NCBI GenBank assembly: GCA_965219955.1
Contig: OZ244799.1
Coordinates: 2,656,001-2,720,000 of the forward strand
Source: a bacterium
GTDB lineage: Bacteria; UBA8248
DNA: 64,000 nt
Direction of reading: 5' to 3'
Part shown: in pieces, positions 1-9,763 of the stretch
How positions within the stretch are numbered: position 1 is the stretch's first letter
Layout of the letters: the number at the start of each line of letters is the position of its first letter
Notes under the pieces: generated by a model
Told to the model about the DNA's origin: nothing
Database searches by the model: none
The model's input: only the letters and a program-made list of their open reading frames with translations
Position numbers and translations under genes: made by a program

Positions 1-35
1 TTCGCGCGAACCCCTGACCTCCCTCGTCGAAAGGC

Positions 36-490
36 ACCCCCCCCTACCCCCCCTTTGTCGGGGATGTTGAAAAAGCCCTAATTTCGTGATTGGACATATG
101 GAGCCGACCATCAAGGGATGAAACTTTACCCCTCCCTTGCAGAGCGCCAACCAACCACTCCCCCCTTGAGGGGGTCGGGCTTCCCGAGGGGAAAGCCCGA
201 CAGAAGCCGAGTGGTTTGTGCGAAGGCTGATGCGGTGGGGGGTGAATGCGTTTTACCGCCACCCGAATTCTCCCCCCCACCGATTCGCTTTCGGGCTAAC
301 GCCCTTAGCTCATCGACTCCCCCTCCAGGGGGGAGTGATTCCTCTCTCTTCGGGGTTTTTCAACAACCCCTTGGCAGGGGTGTAATGAAAAGGCGATGCG
401 CTCCGCCGGGCTGAGGGGGGGTTGCTTTTATGGGGCTTCCCTTTCAGGGAGGTTGCCATTACCCTCTCAGGGGGTTAATCAACAGCCCCC
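36..490. repeat. Composite intergenic palindromic repeat cluster (nested TIR element plus cruciform REP-like element)
   Basis: CCCCCCTACCCCCCTTTGTC arm, then GATGTTGAAAAA ... TTTTTCAACAACCCC TIR pair enclosing CACTCCCCCCTTGAGGGG...CCCCTCCAGGGGGGAGTG (156-337); similar organisation at 33790-34100. Confidence 0.85.
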
Positions 491-526
491 ACGGGGGCGT
501 CTCGGGAAAACGAGGAGGAATGATTC

Positions 527-1351
527 ATGAGCCGCTGGATACAGGAACTCACCTGGCCGGACGTGGAGGAATACCTGAAGCGCGGGGATACGGCGCTCGT
601 ACCCGTCGGCGCCACCGAGCAGCACGGCCCGCACTGCCCCATCGGAACGGACGCGGCCGAGGCCATCGCGACCGCAGAAGAGGTGGCGGAGCGCGCGGAC
701 GCCCTGGTCGCCGCCCCCCTGTGGTTCGGGTGGTCGCCCCATCACCTCGCGTTCCCGGGGACGATATCGCTCGCCGCGGAGACGCTCACGCGCGTCGTCG
801 AGGACGTGTGCAACAGCCTCGTGATCCACGGCTTCCGGCACATCGTGATCCTGAACGGGCACCGTGTCGCGAACCTCCCGCCGCTCGAGATCGCCGTCGT
901 CAGGGTCAGGAACCTGACGGGCGCGGCCATAGCCATCGTGGACCTGGCGCTCATCGCCGGCAAGGAGATTCGAGACGTTTGCGAGAGCCCCCCGGGCGGC
1001 GTCGGCCACGGGTGCGAATCCGAGACCTCCTTCATGCTCCATAAGTACGGCGATCAGGTGCGGATGGAGCGCGCGGTGGACGCGGTTCCCGAGGTGGGCG
1101 AATTCGAGCACCGCTTCGTGTCGGTGGACCACGCCGTCAACCGCGTCGAGAACCCCAAGCTCTCCTTTCCGCCGACGATAGAGGAATACGCGCGGAACCG
1201 GGAGGCGATGGGCGTCGGCGGCGCGGCGACCTTCGCATCGGCCGAGAAGGGAGAGAAAATCTTCGAGGCCATCGCCGCGAACACGACGAGGTTCGTGAAA
1301 ACCTTTCAAGAGACGCCCGTCTCCATCAAGGCGACCGCCCCGCCGCTGTAG
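527..1351 (+). CDS. Creatininase / creatinine amidohydrolase family protein
   Basis: Motifs PVGATEQHGPHCPIGTD, SPHHLAFPGTI, LNGH, GHGCESETS. Confidence 0.9.
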   Translation: MSRWIQELTWPDVEEYLKRGDTALVPVGATEQHGPHCPIGTDAAEAIATAEEVAERADALVAAPLWFGWSPHHLAFPGTISLAAETLTRVVEDVCNSLVIHGFRHIVILNGHRVANLPPLEIAVVRVRNLTGAAIAIVDLALIAGKEIRDVCESPPGGVGHGCESETSFMLHKYGDQVRMERAVDAVPEVGEFEHRFVSVDHAVNRVENPKLSFPPTIEEYARNREAMGVGGAATFASAEKGEKIFEAIAANTTRFVKTFQETPVSIKATAPPL

Positions 1352-1409
1352 GGCGGGAAGAAAACATCACACGGCCCGTAATGTTTTCGAGGATTTCGCG
1401 CAGAGCGGT

Positions 1410-1482
1410 GCAGGGACAGGTCGCGACCTGTCCGTCGGCGTCCCTCGATACGGCGCGCAAGCGCGCCTACTCGGGATGAGGG
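1410..1482. repeat. REP-like palindromes
   Basis: GGACAGGTCGCGACCTGTCC hairpin, then CGTCCCTCGATACGGCGCGCAAGCGCGCCTACTCGGGATGAG; the latter recurs at ~24245-24286 and inverted at ~26938-26980. Confidence 0.85.
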
Positions 1483-1530
1483 TTTGTGGCCGCCGGCGTG
1501 GTAGAAAGGGGAACCGCCGCGTATTCCATG

Positions 1531-1962
1531 TCAGAGATGTTCTTCCACATAATCCGTCAGCGTCACCACCGAGCCGCCGTGTTCGGTCCTTGCCAGCGCA
1601 TTCGCGAAACGCACATCCGCCGTAATCACTTGCGCGCCGACACGATGCGCCAGCGCCAGATAGACGCAATCGTAAACCGGCCTGTCGAGCGCCAGCGCGA
1701 GACGAATCGCGTCCGCGCAAAGCGTTTCGTCGACGTTCCAGCGAACGGGCATCTCCGTTAAAGCGGCCATCAATACGCCGGCCCGGTCGCGTCCTATCTC
1801 GCCGAGCCGGGCCTTGCGCCAAAGCGTGTTGGCCACCTCCGAGGCCATCAGGCGCGGTGCGAGCAAATCCTCGGCGCCCACCGCCAGTCGATTCGCAGAT
1901 TCCGAATCCTCTTCCGCAACCAGCCATTTGACCGCAACGCTGGCGTCGACCACGAGACTCAT
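1531..1962 (-). CDS. vapC: PIN-domain toxin (VapC/FitB family)
   Basis: VVDASVAVKW, SEVANTL, YDCVYLALA, ITAD: acidic PIN motifs; overlaps the antitoxin stop. Confidence 0.9.
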   Translation of the reverse strand: MSLVVDASVAVKWLVAEEDSESANRLAVGAEDLLAPRLMASEVANTLWRKARLGEIGRDRAGVLMAALTEMPVRWNVDETLCADAIRLALALDRPVYDCVYLALAHRVGAQVITADVRFANALARTEHGGSVVTLTDYVEEHL

Positions 1963-2219
1963 TGAATGACGCGATGTCCGCGTTCGCGATCTTCGCGAAT
2001 CAGGATCTCCGAAGGCGTTTGCTCGCGGCCTCCGGTCTCCCGCTGCAGCCGTTCGGCCAAAGCCGGGAAGGATGCGCGTTTCGCCGCCATGTCATCCTCG
2101 ACCGCGTTTTCGAGAATGTGGCGCACCTCGCCTTCCAGGGAACGGTTGTTGGCGGCGGCGCGCCGCTTGAGGCGCCGAACTACGTAGCCGTCGAGTTGCC
2201 GCACATTGAGCGTCGCCAT
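1959..2219 (-). CDS. Ribbon-helix-helix antitoxin (FitA-like)
   Basis: MATLNVRQLD...LKRRAAANNRSLEGEVRHIL...SEILIREDR; AGGAG SD upstream of ATG 2219; directly upstream of the PIN gene. Confidence 0.88.
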   Translation of the reverse strand: MATLNVRQLDGYVVRRLKRRAAANNRSLEGEVRHILENAVEDDMAAKRASFPALAERLQRETGGREQTPSEILIREDRERGHRVIQ

Positions 2220-2434
2220 CGCATTCTCCTTTTTCCTCAGAAACAAATGCCATCATTATGATGGCACGACAAGGTAAAACAAACAACCATCGCCCGGATG
2301 AGCAAGCGCTCAAGTCCATGCTGCAACGACTTCCCATTCGATACGACGGCAACAATACGGCGCTCGCAGGCGCGTAAGTCAAACGCGACTGACGAGGGAG
2401 CAATTGCGGTTTGCTGATTGAAGAATGTGGAATT

Positions 2435-2492
2435 CAGGGACAACCCCCCGTGGTTGTCCCTGGCGAGGACAGGCACAGGGGCCTGTCCCTAC
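2435..2492. repeat. GTAG-type REP pair
   Basis: GGGACAACC...GGTTGTCCC and GGACAGGCAC...GCCTGTCCCTAC; related copies at 21574-21650 and 57230-57326. Confidence 0.75.
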
Positions 2493-2576
2493 GTCCCGCC
2501 GTGCCCGACGGAATCCCGGCAAACAATTCTGGAATGAAGGGCCAAGTCGAAAAACGGATGAACCCACGCCGCCGCC

Positions 2577-4922
2577 CTACTCCCGTGTTCGCGCTTCCTT
2601 CTTCTTCGCCTTCATCAAAAACGCGCCCAGGGCGGGCAGGAGCGCGATGGCGCCGACCATGTTGACCAGGAACATGAACGAGAGCACCGTGCCCATGTCG
2701 GCCTGGAGCTTGAGCGCCGCGAAAATCCAGGTCACGACACCCACGGCCAGCGTGAAGCCGGTGAGCACCACGCCCGCCCCCGTTGTGGCGAGGGTGCGCT
2801 CATAAGCCGCGGCGAAATCGAGCCCCTCCCTCATATAGGCGAGAAGCCGCCCGCAGATGTATATCCCGTAATCCACGCCGATGCCGACCCCCAGGGCCAC
2901 CACGGGAAGCGTCGAGACCTTGAGGCCGATCTCCAGAAACGCCATCAGCGCGTAGGCGAGGAGCGATACGAGCGCCAGGGGCGCGACGATGCAGGCGGTC
3001 GCCGCCAACGAGCGGAAAGACAGCAGGCACAGCAGGATGACCGCGGCGTAGACGTAGCCCAGGATCGGGAACTGCGACGCCTCTATCTCCTCGTTCGTCG
3101 CCGCCATCACCCCGACGTTCCCCGCGGCGAGGCGGAAGGCGGCGCGCTCATCATTCTCCGTCCGGTTGAACGCCTTCACGGCGGCGACGACCCGGCTGAT
3201 GGTCTGCGCCTTGTGGTCGGCGGTGTAGATGAGCACGGGCATCGCCGAGCAGTCGCCGTTCAGGAGACCCGTGCTCGTCGGCACGAGGGAGACCGATTCG
3301 GCGAGCGCGTGGCGGTTGCGCGGCAGCGCGCGCCACTTGAGGTTTCCCTCGTTCCAGCCCGCGTTCAGCTTGCGGACGATCCCGGGGAGCGCGACCACCG
3401 AGCGCACGCCCTCGACGTTCCGCATGCGCCACTCGAACTCGTCGATCAGGCGCATCACGCGGTAATCCACGCACCCCTGCGGTATGGTCTCCACGATCAC
3501 CGTCAGCACGTCCACGCCGATGTTGAAGCGCTCGACGATGGCGGCGGTATCGCGGTTGTACGTGGAAGTCGCGCGCAACTCCGGCACGCCCTGGTGCTGG
3601 TCGCCCACGCGGACCTCGGGCGCGTAGCGCGCGCCGAGAGCGAGCAGGGCGGCGGCGACGGCTATCGTCGCGACTGCCGGGCGCGGCCTGGCCAGGCGCG
3701 CGGCGCGCTTCCAGAGACCCTCCAGAAACGGCGGGGAGGCCGCGCGCTCCTTTTCTCCTTCCGGTTCGAGATAGGAAAGCGCAACGGGGAGTAATCCCAA
3801 ATTCGTGAGGATGATCGCGGCCACGCCCAGGCCGGCGGTGACGGCGATCTCCTGGATGACGCGCACGGGGATGAGCGCGATGGCCACGAAGCCGATGGCG
3901 TCCGAGGCCAACGCCACCGAACCCGGCAGCAGCAGGCGGCGAAAGCTCGCCCGCGCGGCGCGGACGCCGCCGCCTCCTTCGGCCCTCACCGCGTTCACCA
4001 TCTGCACCCCGTGGCTGACCCCGATGGCGAACACCAGAAACGGCACCAGGATCGACATCGGGTCGACGCCGAAGCCCAGACCCGTGAGCGCGCCGAGCTG
4101 CCAGACCACCGCGACGAGCGAACATGCCAGCGGCATCGCCGTGAGGCGGACCGACCGGGTGTAGGCGTACACGAAAAGCGCGGTGATCACGACGGCCAGG
4201 CCGAAGAAGAGCAGCACCTGGGCCGCGCCGTCCGCTATCTCTCCCACGACCTTCGCGAACCCGATGATGTGGACTTTCGCGACGCCGCCCGCTTCCGCGT
4301 CCCGGCGGATGACCTCGAGCGCCCGCGCGACTTCGAGGTAGTCGAGCCGCTCGCCGGTGTCGGGGTGGAACTCCTGGAGTCTCGCGCTCACGAGCGCGCC
4401 CGAGAAATCGTTCGCCACGAGCCGGCCCACGACCCCCGCCTTGATGATGTTCTCGCGCACCCGCGCGAAGCCGGCTTTGGTCGGCTTGAAGTCCGCGGGC
4501 AGCACGTTGCCGGCGACGATGCCGTCCTCGACCACCTCGTTGTAGCGCACGTTCGGCGTCACCACGGAGTAGACCTGGGTGCGGTCCACGCCCGGCACGA
4601 AGAAAACGGCGTCGTTCACCTTCTGGAGCAGGGCGAAGAACTCAGGGGTGAAGATGTCGCCCTCCCGCGCCACGAGCGCCACCGCCACGCGGTCCGCCCC
4701 GCCGAAAGCGGCGCGGTGCTTGATGAAGGTGCGCATGTAGGAGTGTTCGAGCGGCACCAGCTTGGTGAAGCCCGCATCGACGCGCAGCCCCGTCGCCAGC
4801 CAGACCATCGCCAGCGTGACGATGAGGAACGCCGCGAGCACCCGCTTGCGGCGCGAGAACAGCGCGCGCTCCAGCCACGATGCGATGGAAAATGTCCCGG
4901 GAGAGGAGGAGGCGTCCGGCAT
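2577..4922 (-). CDS. RND/MMPL family transporter
   Basis: 781 aa, two hydrophobic TM blocks with large periplasmic loops; AIGVSHGVQ and GIGVDYGIY motifs. Confidence 0.9.
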   Translation of the reverse strand: MPDASSSPGTFSIASWLERALFSRRKRVLAAFLIVTLAMVWLATGLRVDAGFTKLVPLEHSYMRTFIKHRAAFGGADRVAVALVAREGDIFTPEFFALLQKVNDAVFFVPGVDRTQVYSVVTPNVRYNEVVEDGIVAGNVLPADFKPTKAGFARVRENIIKAGVVGRLVANDFSGALVSARLQEFHPDTGERLDYLEVARALEVIRRDAEAGGVAKVHIIGFAKVVGEIADGAAQVLLFFGLAVVITALFVYAYTRSVRLTAMPLACSLVAVVWQLGALTGLGFGVDPMSILVPFLVFAIGVSHGVQMVNAVRAEGGGGVRAARASFRRLLLPGSVALASDAIGFVAIALIPVRVIQEIAVTAGLGVAAIILTNLGLLPVALSYLEPEGEKERAASPPFLEGLWKRAARLARPRPAVATIAVAAALLALGARYAPEVRVGDQHQGVPELRATSTYNRDTAAIVERFNIGVDVLTVIVETIPQGCVDYRVMRLIDEFEWRMRNVEGVRSVVALPGIVRKLNAGWNEGNLKWRALPRNRHALAESVSLVPTSTGLLNGDCSAMPVLIYTADHKAQTISRVVAAVKAFNRTENDERAAFRLAAGNVGVMAATNEEIEASQFPILGYVYAAVILLCLLSFRSLAATACIVAPLALVSLLAYALMAFLEIGLKVSTLPVVALGVGIGVDYGIYICGRLLAYMREGLDFAAAYERTLATTGAGVVLTGFTLAVGVVTWIFAALKLQADMGTVLSFMFLVNMVGAIALLPALGAFLMKAKKKEARTRE

Positions 4923-4932
4923 CTGTGAGAGT

Positions 4933-5907
4933 CTATTCGGCCCGGGGCAGGCGCCTGGCCCCGAACTCTCCCAGGAGCAGCAGCCCGCCGTCCGTGAGCG
5001 CGAGCGCCGTCGAGATTCCCTGTCGGGAGGTCAGCGGCTTCAAGGCGGCGTCGACTGATACGCTGCGCCCCCCGTCGCGGCTGACGAGCAGGGTGCCTTC
5101 GAGGCCGGTGACGAGCATGAGGCCGGGCTTCACACGGAGCGCTCCCGTCAGGGTCGCTTTCGTCCGCGTGGGCACCCGCGTCCAGCTCTCGCCGCCGTCT
5201 TCGGAGCGAAACATGGTGCCCCGAAGGCCCAGCAGCAACAACCTGTCCGCATCGAGCGCGAGTGCGGAGAACCACGAACCCGTATAGGGCGAGGAGAGCT
5301 TGCGCCAGGTGTCGCCGCCGTCGTCGCTGCGGTAGATCGCGCCCGCCTCGCCTGCGATGAACAACCGCCCGGCTCCTGCGGGAACGATGGCGTTCAGGTG
5401 GAAATCATCCTTGTCGATCGTCCGCGGTTTCCAGGTGCGGCCTCCGTCGGTGGTGGCGAGGAAATAACCGTACGCCCCCACCGCGAAGCCGTTGCGTTCG
5501 TCGCGGAACCAGACGTCGAGCAGGGGGCGCTCTTCTTTGGGCGCGTAATGAGCCACGCTCCAGGTCGCGCCGCCGTCTTCGGTGCGGAGGATGACCGCGT
5601 CGTGCCCGACGGCCCAGCCGACGCGCGCATCGTGCATGTGCACGGCGGTCAGCAGGGCGCGGACGGGAACGCGGGCCTGCTTCCAGCTCACGCCGCCGTC
5701 TGCCGAGACCAGCACGTGGCCGCGCTCGCCGACCACCACCAGGCGCGAGCCGGCGGCGGCTCCGTCGAGAAGCAGGGATTGGGGCGCAAGGCGCGCCTGA
5801 ATGGCCGGCCCGGCGCTCGCTGCTCCAAAGGGCAGCAGGCAGGCGACCAGGCCGAGTAAAAGTCGACTACGCAATCCGCTCAAAATCCCGGGGGTCGCCG
5901 CCGTCAT
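4933..5907 (-). CDS. YCF48-like / BNR-repeat beta-propeller protein
   Basis: Signal peptide; repeated S/T-x-D-G-G-x-(T/S)-W Asp boxes; VVGERGHVL. Confidence 0.88.
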   Translation of the reverse strand: MTAATPGILSGLRSRLLLGLVACLLPFGAASAGPAIQARLAPQSLLLDGAAAGSRLVVVGERGHVLVSADGGVSWKQARVPVRALLTAVHMHDARVGWAVGHDAVILRTEDGGATWSVAHYAPKEERPLLDVWFRDERNGFAVGAYGYFLATTDGGRTWKPRTIDKDDFHLNAIVPAGAGRLFIAGEAGAIYRSDDGGDTWRKLSSPYTGSWFSALALDADRLLLLGLRGTMFRSEDGGESWTRVPTRTKATLTGALRVKPGLMLVTGLEGTLLVSRDGGRSVSVDAALKPLTSRQGISTALALTDGGLLLLGEFGARRLPRAE

Positions 5908-7262
5908 CTCCTGCCCATGCGGCGCAGCGCCGAAGGCGTGAAACCTCTGGACGAGTAGTTCGAGCCGAAGACGTTCATGGAATACTCGTTGTTGAGCCCC
6001 AGGGCGAGGTAGCGCCCCGCCTGAATATCGGTGTGCACCTCGAGGGTAAAGCCCGACAGGGGTTTTTCGTAGTAGTTGACGGAGTGCCCCTCGGATACGC
6101 GCCAGAGCTGATCCCTGTTGTCGTAAATGTCGGCGAGCAGGATCATCCAGGAGTCCTCGTCCACGTAGAACCGCCGTTTCTTGTAGAGGTGGCGCGCCCC
6201 TTCCTTGAGCGTCGCCTCGACCACCCAGACCCGGTGCAACTCATAGCGCAGATACTCAGGGTTGACGTGCAGCGGCTTCAGAACGTCGGCGAAGGTGATC
6301 TTGTCGCTGTGCAGCTTGTAGCTGTTGTAGGGCACGTACATCTCGCGCTTGCCGAGGAGCTTCCAGTCGTAGCGGTCAAGCGCCCCGTTGAACATGTCGA
6401 ACTGGTCGCTCGTCCTGAGCCCGTCCGCAGCGGTGCCCGGATTGTCGTAGGCGATGTTCGGCGCGCGGCGCACCCGCCGCTGGCCGGGGTTGTACACCCA
6501 GGCGTGGCGCGGCTCGGCGACCTGGTTGAGCGTCTCGTAGGCCAGCAGAATCCTTCCCGCCAGGCGCGCCGGCGCCGCCACCTTCTGCCTGAAAAGAATC
6601 ATCCGGTTGTTGAGTTTCGCCTCCGTCATACCCGGCAGGGAATAGCGCGCGAGGTATGCGTCCTCGAGCCGGACGAGCGTGTAGTCGCCGCTCCGGGTGA
6701 CGGCGGCCTGGCCGATGACGCGCGAGGCGGCTTCGCCCCGGTAGCGCAGCAGGTGATTCCAGATCACCTCTGCTCCGTTTTTGGGAACCGGAAACGGGAT
6801 CCCGATCACGGCGCCCGTGACGCCGTTGCCGCCCGCGGCGAGTTTCGCCGTGGCGGCGACGCGCCGGGTGGCGTCGTATATGCGCTGCGGAGCGGAGGCG
6901 CTGCGGCGGGTCGGATAGACGGGCAGCCGGAGCGTCGGATAAAGCTCCACCATCTTCTGGAGCCCGGCCGAGAGTTTCCCCCGGTATTTATCCAGGTTCG
7001 CGCGGGTGATGGTGAACAGGGGCTTGTCATCCGGATAGGGGTCGGGATGGTGGTCGCCCACCTTGTAGCCCGCCGGCGGGGTCGTGATGCCGCCCTTCCA
7101 CTCCGGAATGGTTCCCTCGGCGTTGGCCGCCCGCTCCCCGCCGAGGGGGGTCAGGTCCTTGCCGAGCCGGGCGATCTCGTCTGCGGAAATCGCGGCGGAG
7201 GCGCTGGTCGCCACGAGGGCGCAAAAGATCGCGACGATGGCTCTCAAAATGATGGTTTTCAT
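5904..7262 (-). CDS. DUF1329 family periplasmic protein
   Basis: Signal peptide; LGKDLTPLGGERAANAEGTIPEW, PFPVPKNGAEVIWNH, WVYNPGQRRVRRAP, RYELHRVWVVEATLK. Confidence 0.9.
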   Translation of the reverse strand: MKTIILRAIVAIFCALVATSASAAISADEIARLGKDLTPLGGERAANAEGTIPEWKGGITTPPAGYKVGDHHPDPYPDDKPLFTITRANLDKYRGKLSAGLQKMVELYPTLRLPVYPTRRSASAPQRIYDATRRVAATAKLAAGGNGVTGAVIGIPFPVPKNGAEVIWNHLLRYRGEAASRVIGQAAVTRSGDYTLVRLEDAYLARYSLPGMTEAKLNNRMILFRQKVAAPARLAGRILLAYETLNQVAEPRHAWVYNPGQRRVRRAPNIAYDNPGTAADGLRTSDQFDMFNGALDRYDWKLLGKREMYVPYNSYKLHSDKITFADVLKPLHVNPEYLRYELHRVWVVEATLKEGARHLYKKRRFYVDEDSWMILLADIYDNRDQLWRVSEGHSVNYYEKPLSGFTLEVHTDIQAGRYLALGLNNEYSMNVFGSNYSSRGFTPSALRRMGRR

Positions 7263-7291
7263 GGCGGTTACCCCATTTTCATCGCTGTTGG

Positions 7292-9505
7292 TCAGAACAG
7301 GTATTTGACGGTGGCGGAAACGAAGTCGCGGTCACTCGACTGATTGTGCCTTCCGGCGCCGCCGAACATGGTGAGGCTCACGTCGAAATGCCAGCGGTTG
7401 AGATAGCTCGCGCCCATCCCGAGGGTCACCGCGATTCGATCCTCTATGAACGGCCCGCCCGGACCGGGGCTGGTGCCCTTCACGTCATGCTGGAACGACA
7501 CGCGAGGCGAAATGTTCACCGCGCCGATGGCGTTGAGATACGACAAACGCGCCAACACCCTGTAGCCGTAGGAAGTGGAACTGGCGAACCGATCCAGCGG
7601 ATCGGCTGGCAGGCCGGCGTGCGCGCCCGTAGGCGTGGAATGAAAGGGCTCCCCGCTGGTCTGCGTGCCCGGCCCCTCGAGACGCAGTTCGCTCCTGTCC
7701 GGCATGTCGTGCACGTACATGAGCGCCGCCTCTGCGACGAACGCCAGGCTGTCCGCCCCAAACGTCGGGCCGAAAACCTTGGTGGCCGTGGCCTGAATCT
7801 GGCTCACGTCGCGCTCGATATAGCCCTGGACGTAGGTTTCGGGGCCGAAGACGCCGACCTGGTTCCGGCAGTAGCTGAAGCTATTCGAGCAAGGCGTGCC
7901 GGTCACGGGGTCGAAGGTGAGCGGCGTCAGGGCCGCGAAGAACACTTCGGCGTCGTCTATCTGCAGGGGCGCGTCCAGGCGGCGCGAGTATTCGCCCTGG
8001 AGCGCCCATCCCGAGGTTCCGAGCACGGTGTTGAAGCTCAGGCCGAGGAGATGGATGTCTTCGGGATATTCGGCGAAGTAGCCCGCCGTCTTCACGTAGC
8101 GATCGATGGCGAGAGAGCCGGCGATGGTGGCGACCTGACTGGCGACCTGGCCGGGGACGATACCGGCGACTTGTCTTCGAACTTCCGCCTGAATGGCCGC
8201 AGGCGGGGTGCCGGGCGGAACTTGCGCCGTGACCGCAGCGGTGACCTGCTGCGTGACCGCCTGCGTCACCGCCTGCGTCACCGCTCGTGCGGTCGTGGAA
8301 GTGGGCGAGCCGACCGCCGCGGCCGCAAAGAGGCCGTCCTGTATCCCCTGCACCGTGCCGGTGCGCCCGCTCAAAACGGGCAGTCGGCTGTGGTACTTCA
8401 CGAAGTAGAAGCCGAATTCGGTATTGTTGAGGCCGTCTGCGAGGTAGCGCAGCGCGAGCCCCCACTGGCCGGAGTCTTCGGGTTCGTTGTCCGCCCCGCG
8501 GAACACGTTCAGGAAATGGGGGTCGAAGTCCGGCTGCGCTCTCTGGGGCAGGGGCACGAGGGTTCCCGGCGCCGTGGGGCTGGGAATACGGAAGCCCGCG
8601 AGGTCGGCATTGATCGCCGCCGTGACGGGACCAAACCCTTGACCCGTGTCGGGGATGGCCCCCCAGCCGAGCACGACCCTCCTCCCGCCCGCGCCGACGA
8701 AATCGCTCGTCGAGAAGAAGCTGCCCGGCGGGTCGATCTCGGTCTTATCCCACTTCACCTGGTAGAAACCCTCGAGGGAGACGTTCTCGTTCAGCGCAGC
8801 CGAGACGGAGACCATCGGAACCGGCACGAGCCCGTCTCGCAGCTCTGCGCCCGGCGTTCTGAGCTTCGTCACGTCGAAGGGGTTGATGACGTTGATGCTG
8901 TTCTGGATGAAGGTGCTCTCGCCCCAGCTGATGACGTGATTACCGAGCCTGAGATCCACCGCCGCGCCGCCCAGGTCGAACGAGCCGGTGAGGTAGAGAT
9001 CGAGCACCTCGAAATCTTTCCCGACCAGGTCCTTCGCCTCGTCCGAGAGTTCGCCCCGCGCCCTGTCGCCGTTTTCGTTCTCGGAGTCGAAGAACCCGTG
9101 CACGCGGGCGAAGGCGCCGAAGTTTCGGTAGTTGAGATCGAGTTCGCCGATGAATTTCGAGGCGTTGCTCACGATGCCTCTGTCGAAGTTGAGGTTGCCG
9201 TCGTCGCTGTTGACGGAGGTCGCCGCGCCGCCGTTCGTGGCGCCGATCAGGCTCTCGTCGCGATCTCCGACGCGCAGGGTGACGCCGTGCGAAAGCGTGA
9301 TGTCGAGGCTGCCCTCAAGCTCGCCGTGGCTGAAATCCTCCGCACCCGCTGGCGCGGCGCACAAGGCGAAGACCAGAGCGAGCGCGCAGGCCGCAAAACG
9401 AAGCGAGCGGGAGATGGATTCGGAATCGCCCCCCCGGGAGAGGCTGTTCATTGGTCGCCCGGCGCGGTTGCGACGGGCGAAGTGGCTGGAGTGGGCTGGA
9501 TGCAT
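7292..9505 (-). CDS. DUF1302 family outer-membrane beta-barrel protein
   Basis: NSDDGNLNFDRG, LRLGNHVISWGESTFIQNSIN, YHSRLP, YFAEYPEDI, C-terminal DRDFVSATVKYLF. Confidence 0.9.
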   Translation of the reverse strand: MHPAHSSHFARRNRAGRPMNSLSRGGDSESISRSLRFAACALALVFALCAAPAGAEDFSHGELEGSLDITLSHGVTLRVGDRDESLIGATNGGAATSVNSDDGNLNFDRGIVSNASKFIGELDLNYRNFGAFARVHGFFDSENENGDRARGELSDEAKDLVGKDFEVLDLYLTGSFDLGGAAVDLRLGNHVISWGESTFIQNSINVINPFDVTKLRTPGAELRDGLVPVPMVSVSAALNENVSLEGFYQVKWDKTEIDPPGSFFSTSDFVGAGGRRVVLGWGAIPDTGQGFGPVTAAINADLAGFRIPSPTAPGTLVPLPQRAQPDFDPHFLNVFRGADNEPEDSGQWGLALRYLADGLNNTEFGFYFVKYHSRLPVLSGRTGTVQGIQDGLFAAAAVGSPTSTTARAVTQAVTQAVTQQVTAAVTAQVPPGTPPAAIQAEVRRQVAGIVPGQVASQVATIAGSLAIDRYVKTAGYFAEYPEDIHLLGLSFNTVLGTSGWALQGEYSRRLDAPLQIDDAEVFFAALTPLTFDPVTGTPCSNSFSYCRNQVGVFGPETYVQGYIERDVSQIQATATKVFGPTFGADSLAFVAEAALMYVHDMPDRSELRLEGPGTQTSGEPFHSTPTGAHAGLPADPLDRFASSTSYGYRVLARLSYLNAIGAVNISPRVSFQHDVKGTSPGPGGPFIEDRIAVTLGMGASYLNRWHFDVSLTMFGGAGRHNQSSDRDFVSATVKYLF

Positions 9506-9763
9506 GCCGAAGGCCTCCCCCTCTTGCGATCAAGGTTTTTTTAATTCCTGGATATCCATTCGTTCATTTTTTGATGTGCGCTTTGCAAGATATATTCAAC
9601 ATCTGGACGGAGTCAAGGGAAAATAAGCGGAAGACCCCGGAAAACAGCCTCTCGCGGAGAGATTTACGGATGAAGAGATGAACGCAGGAGCGGCGGCCGA
9701 CTCGCGCCGTTGCACGGGCGCGAAAGGCGCAAGACTTCTTCTAACGCTTGCTGAGGAGCGTGA

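Noticed and set aside
527-1351. Creatininase-family gene as mycofactocin peptidase MftE
   Set aside because: No mftA/B/C/D/F genes in the window; the family is broad, so the specific call is unsupported
7346-9544. Long antisense and alternative-frame ORFs (e.g. 7346-9544, 34751-36304, 51393-52895, 60876-62552)
   Set aside because: Shadow ORFs caused by high GC at third codon positions; the opposite strand carries the recognisable protein motifs
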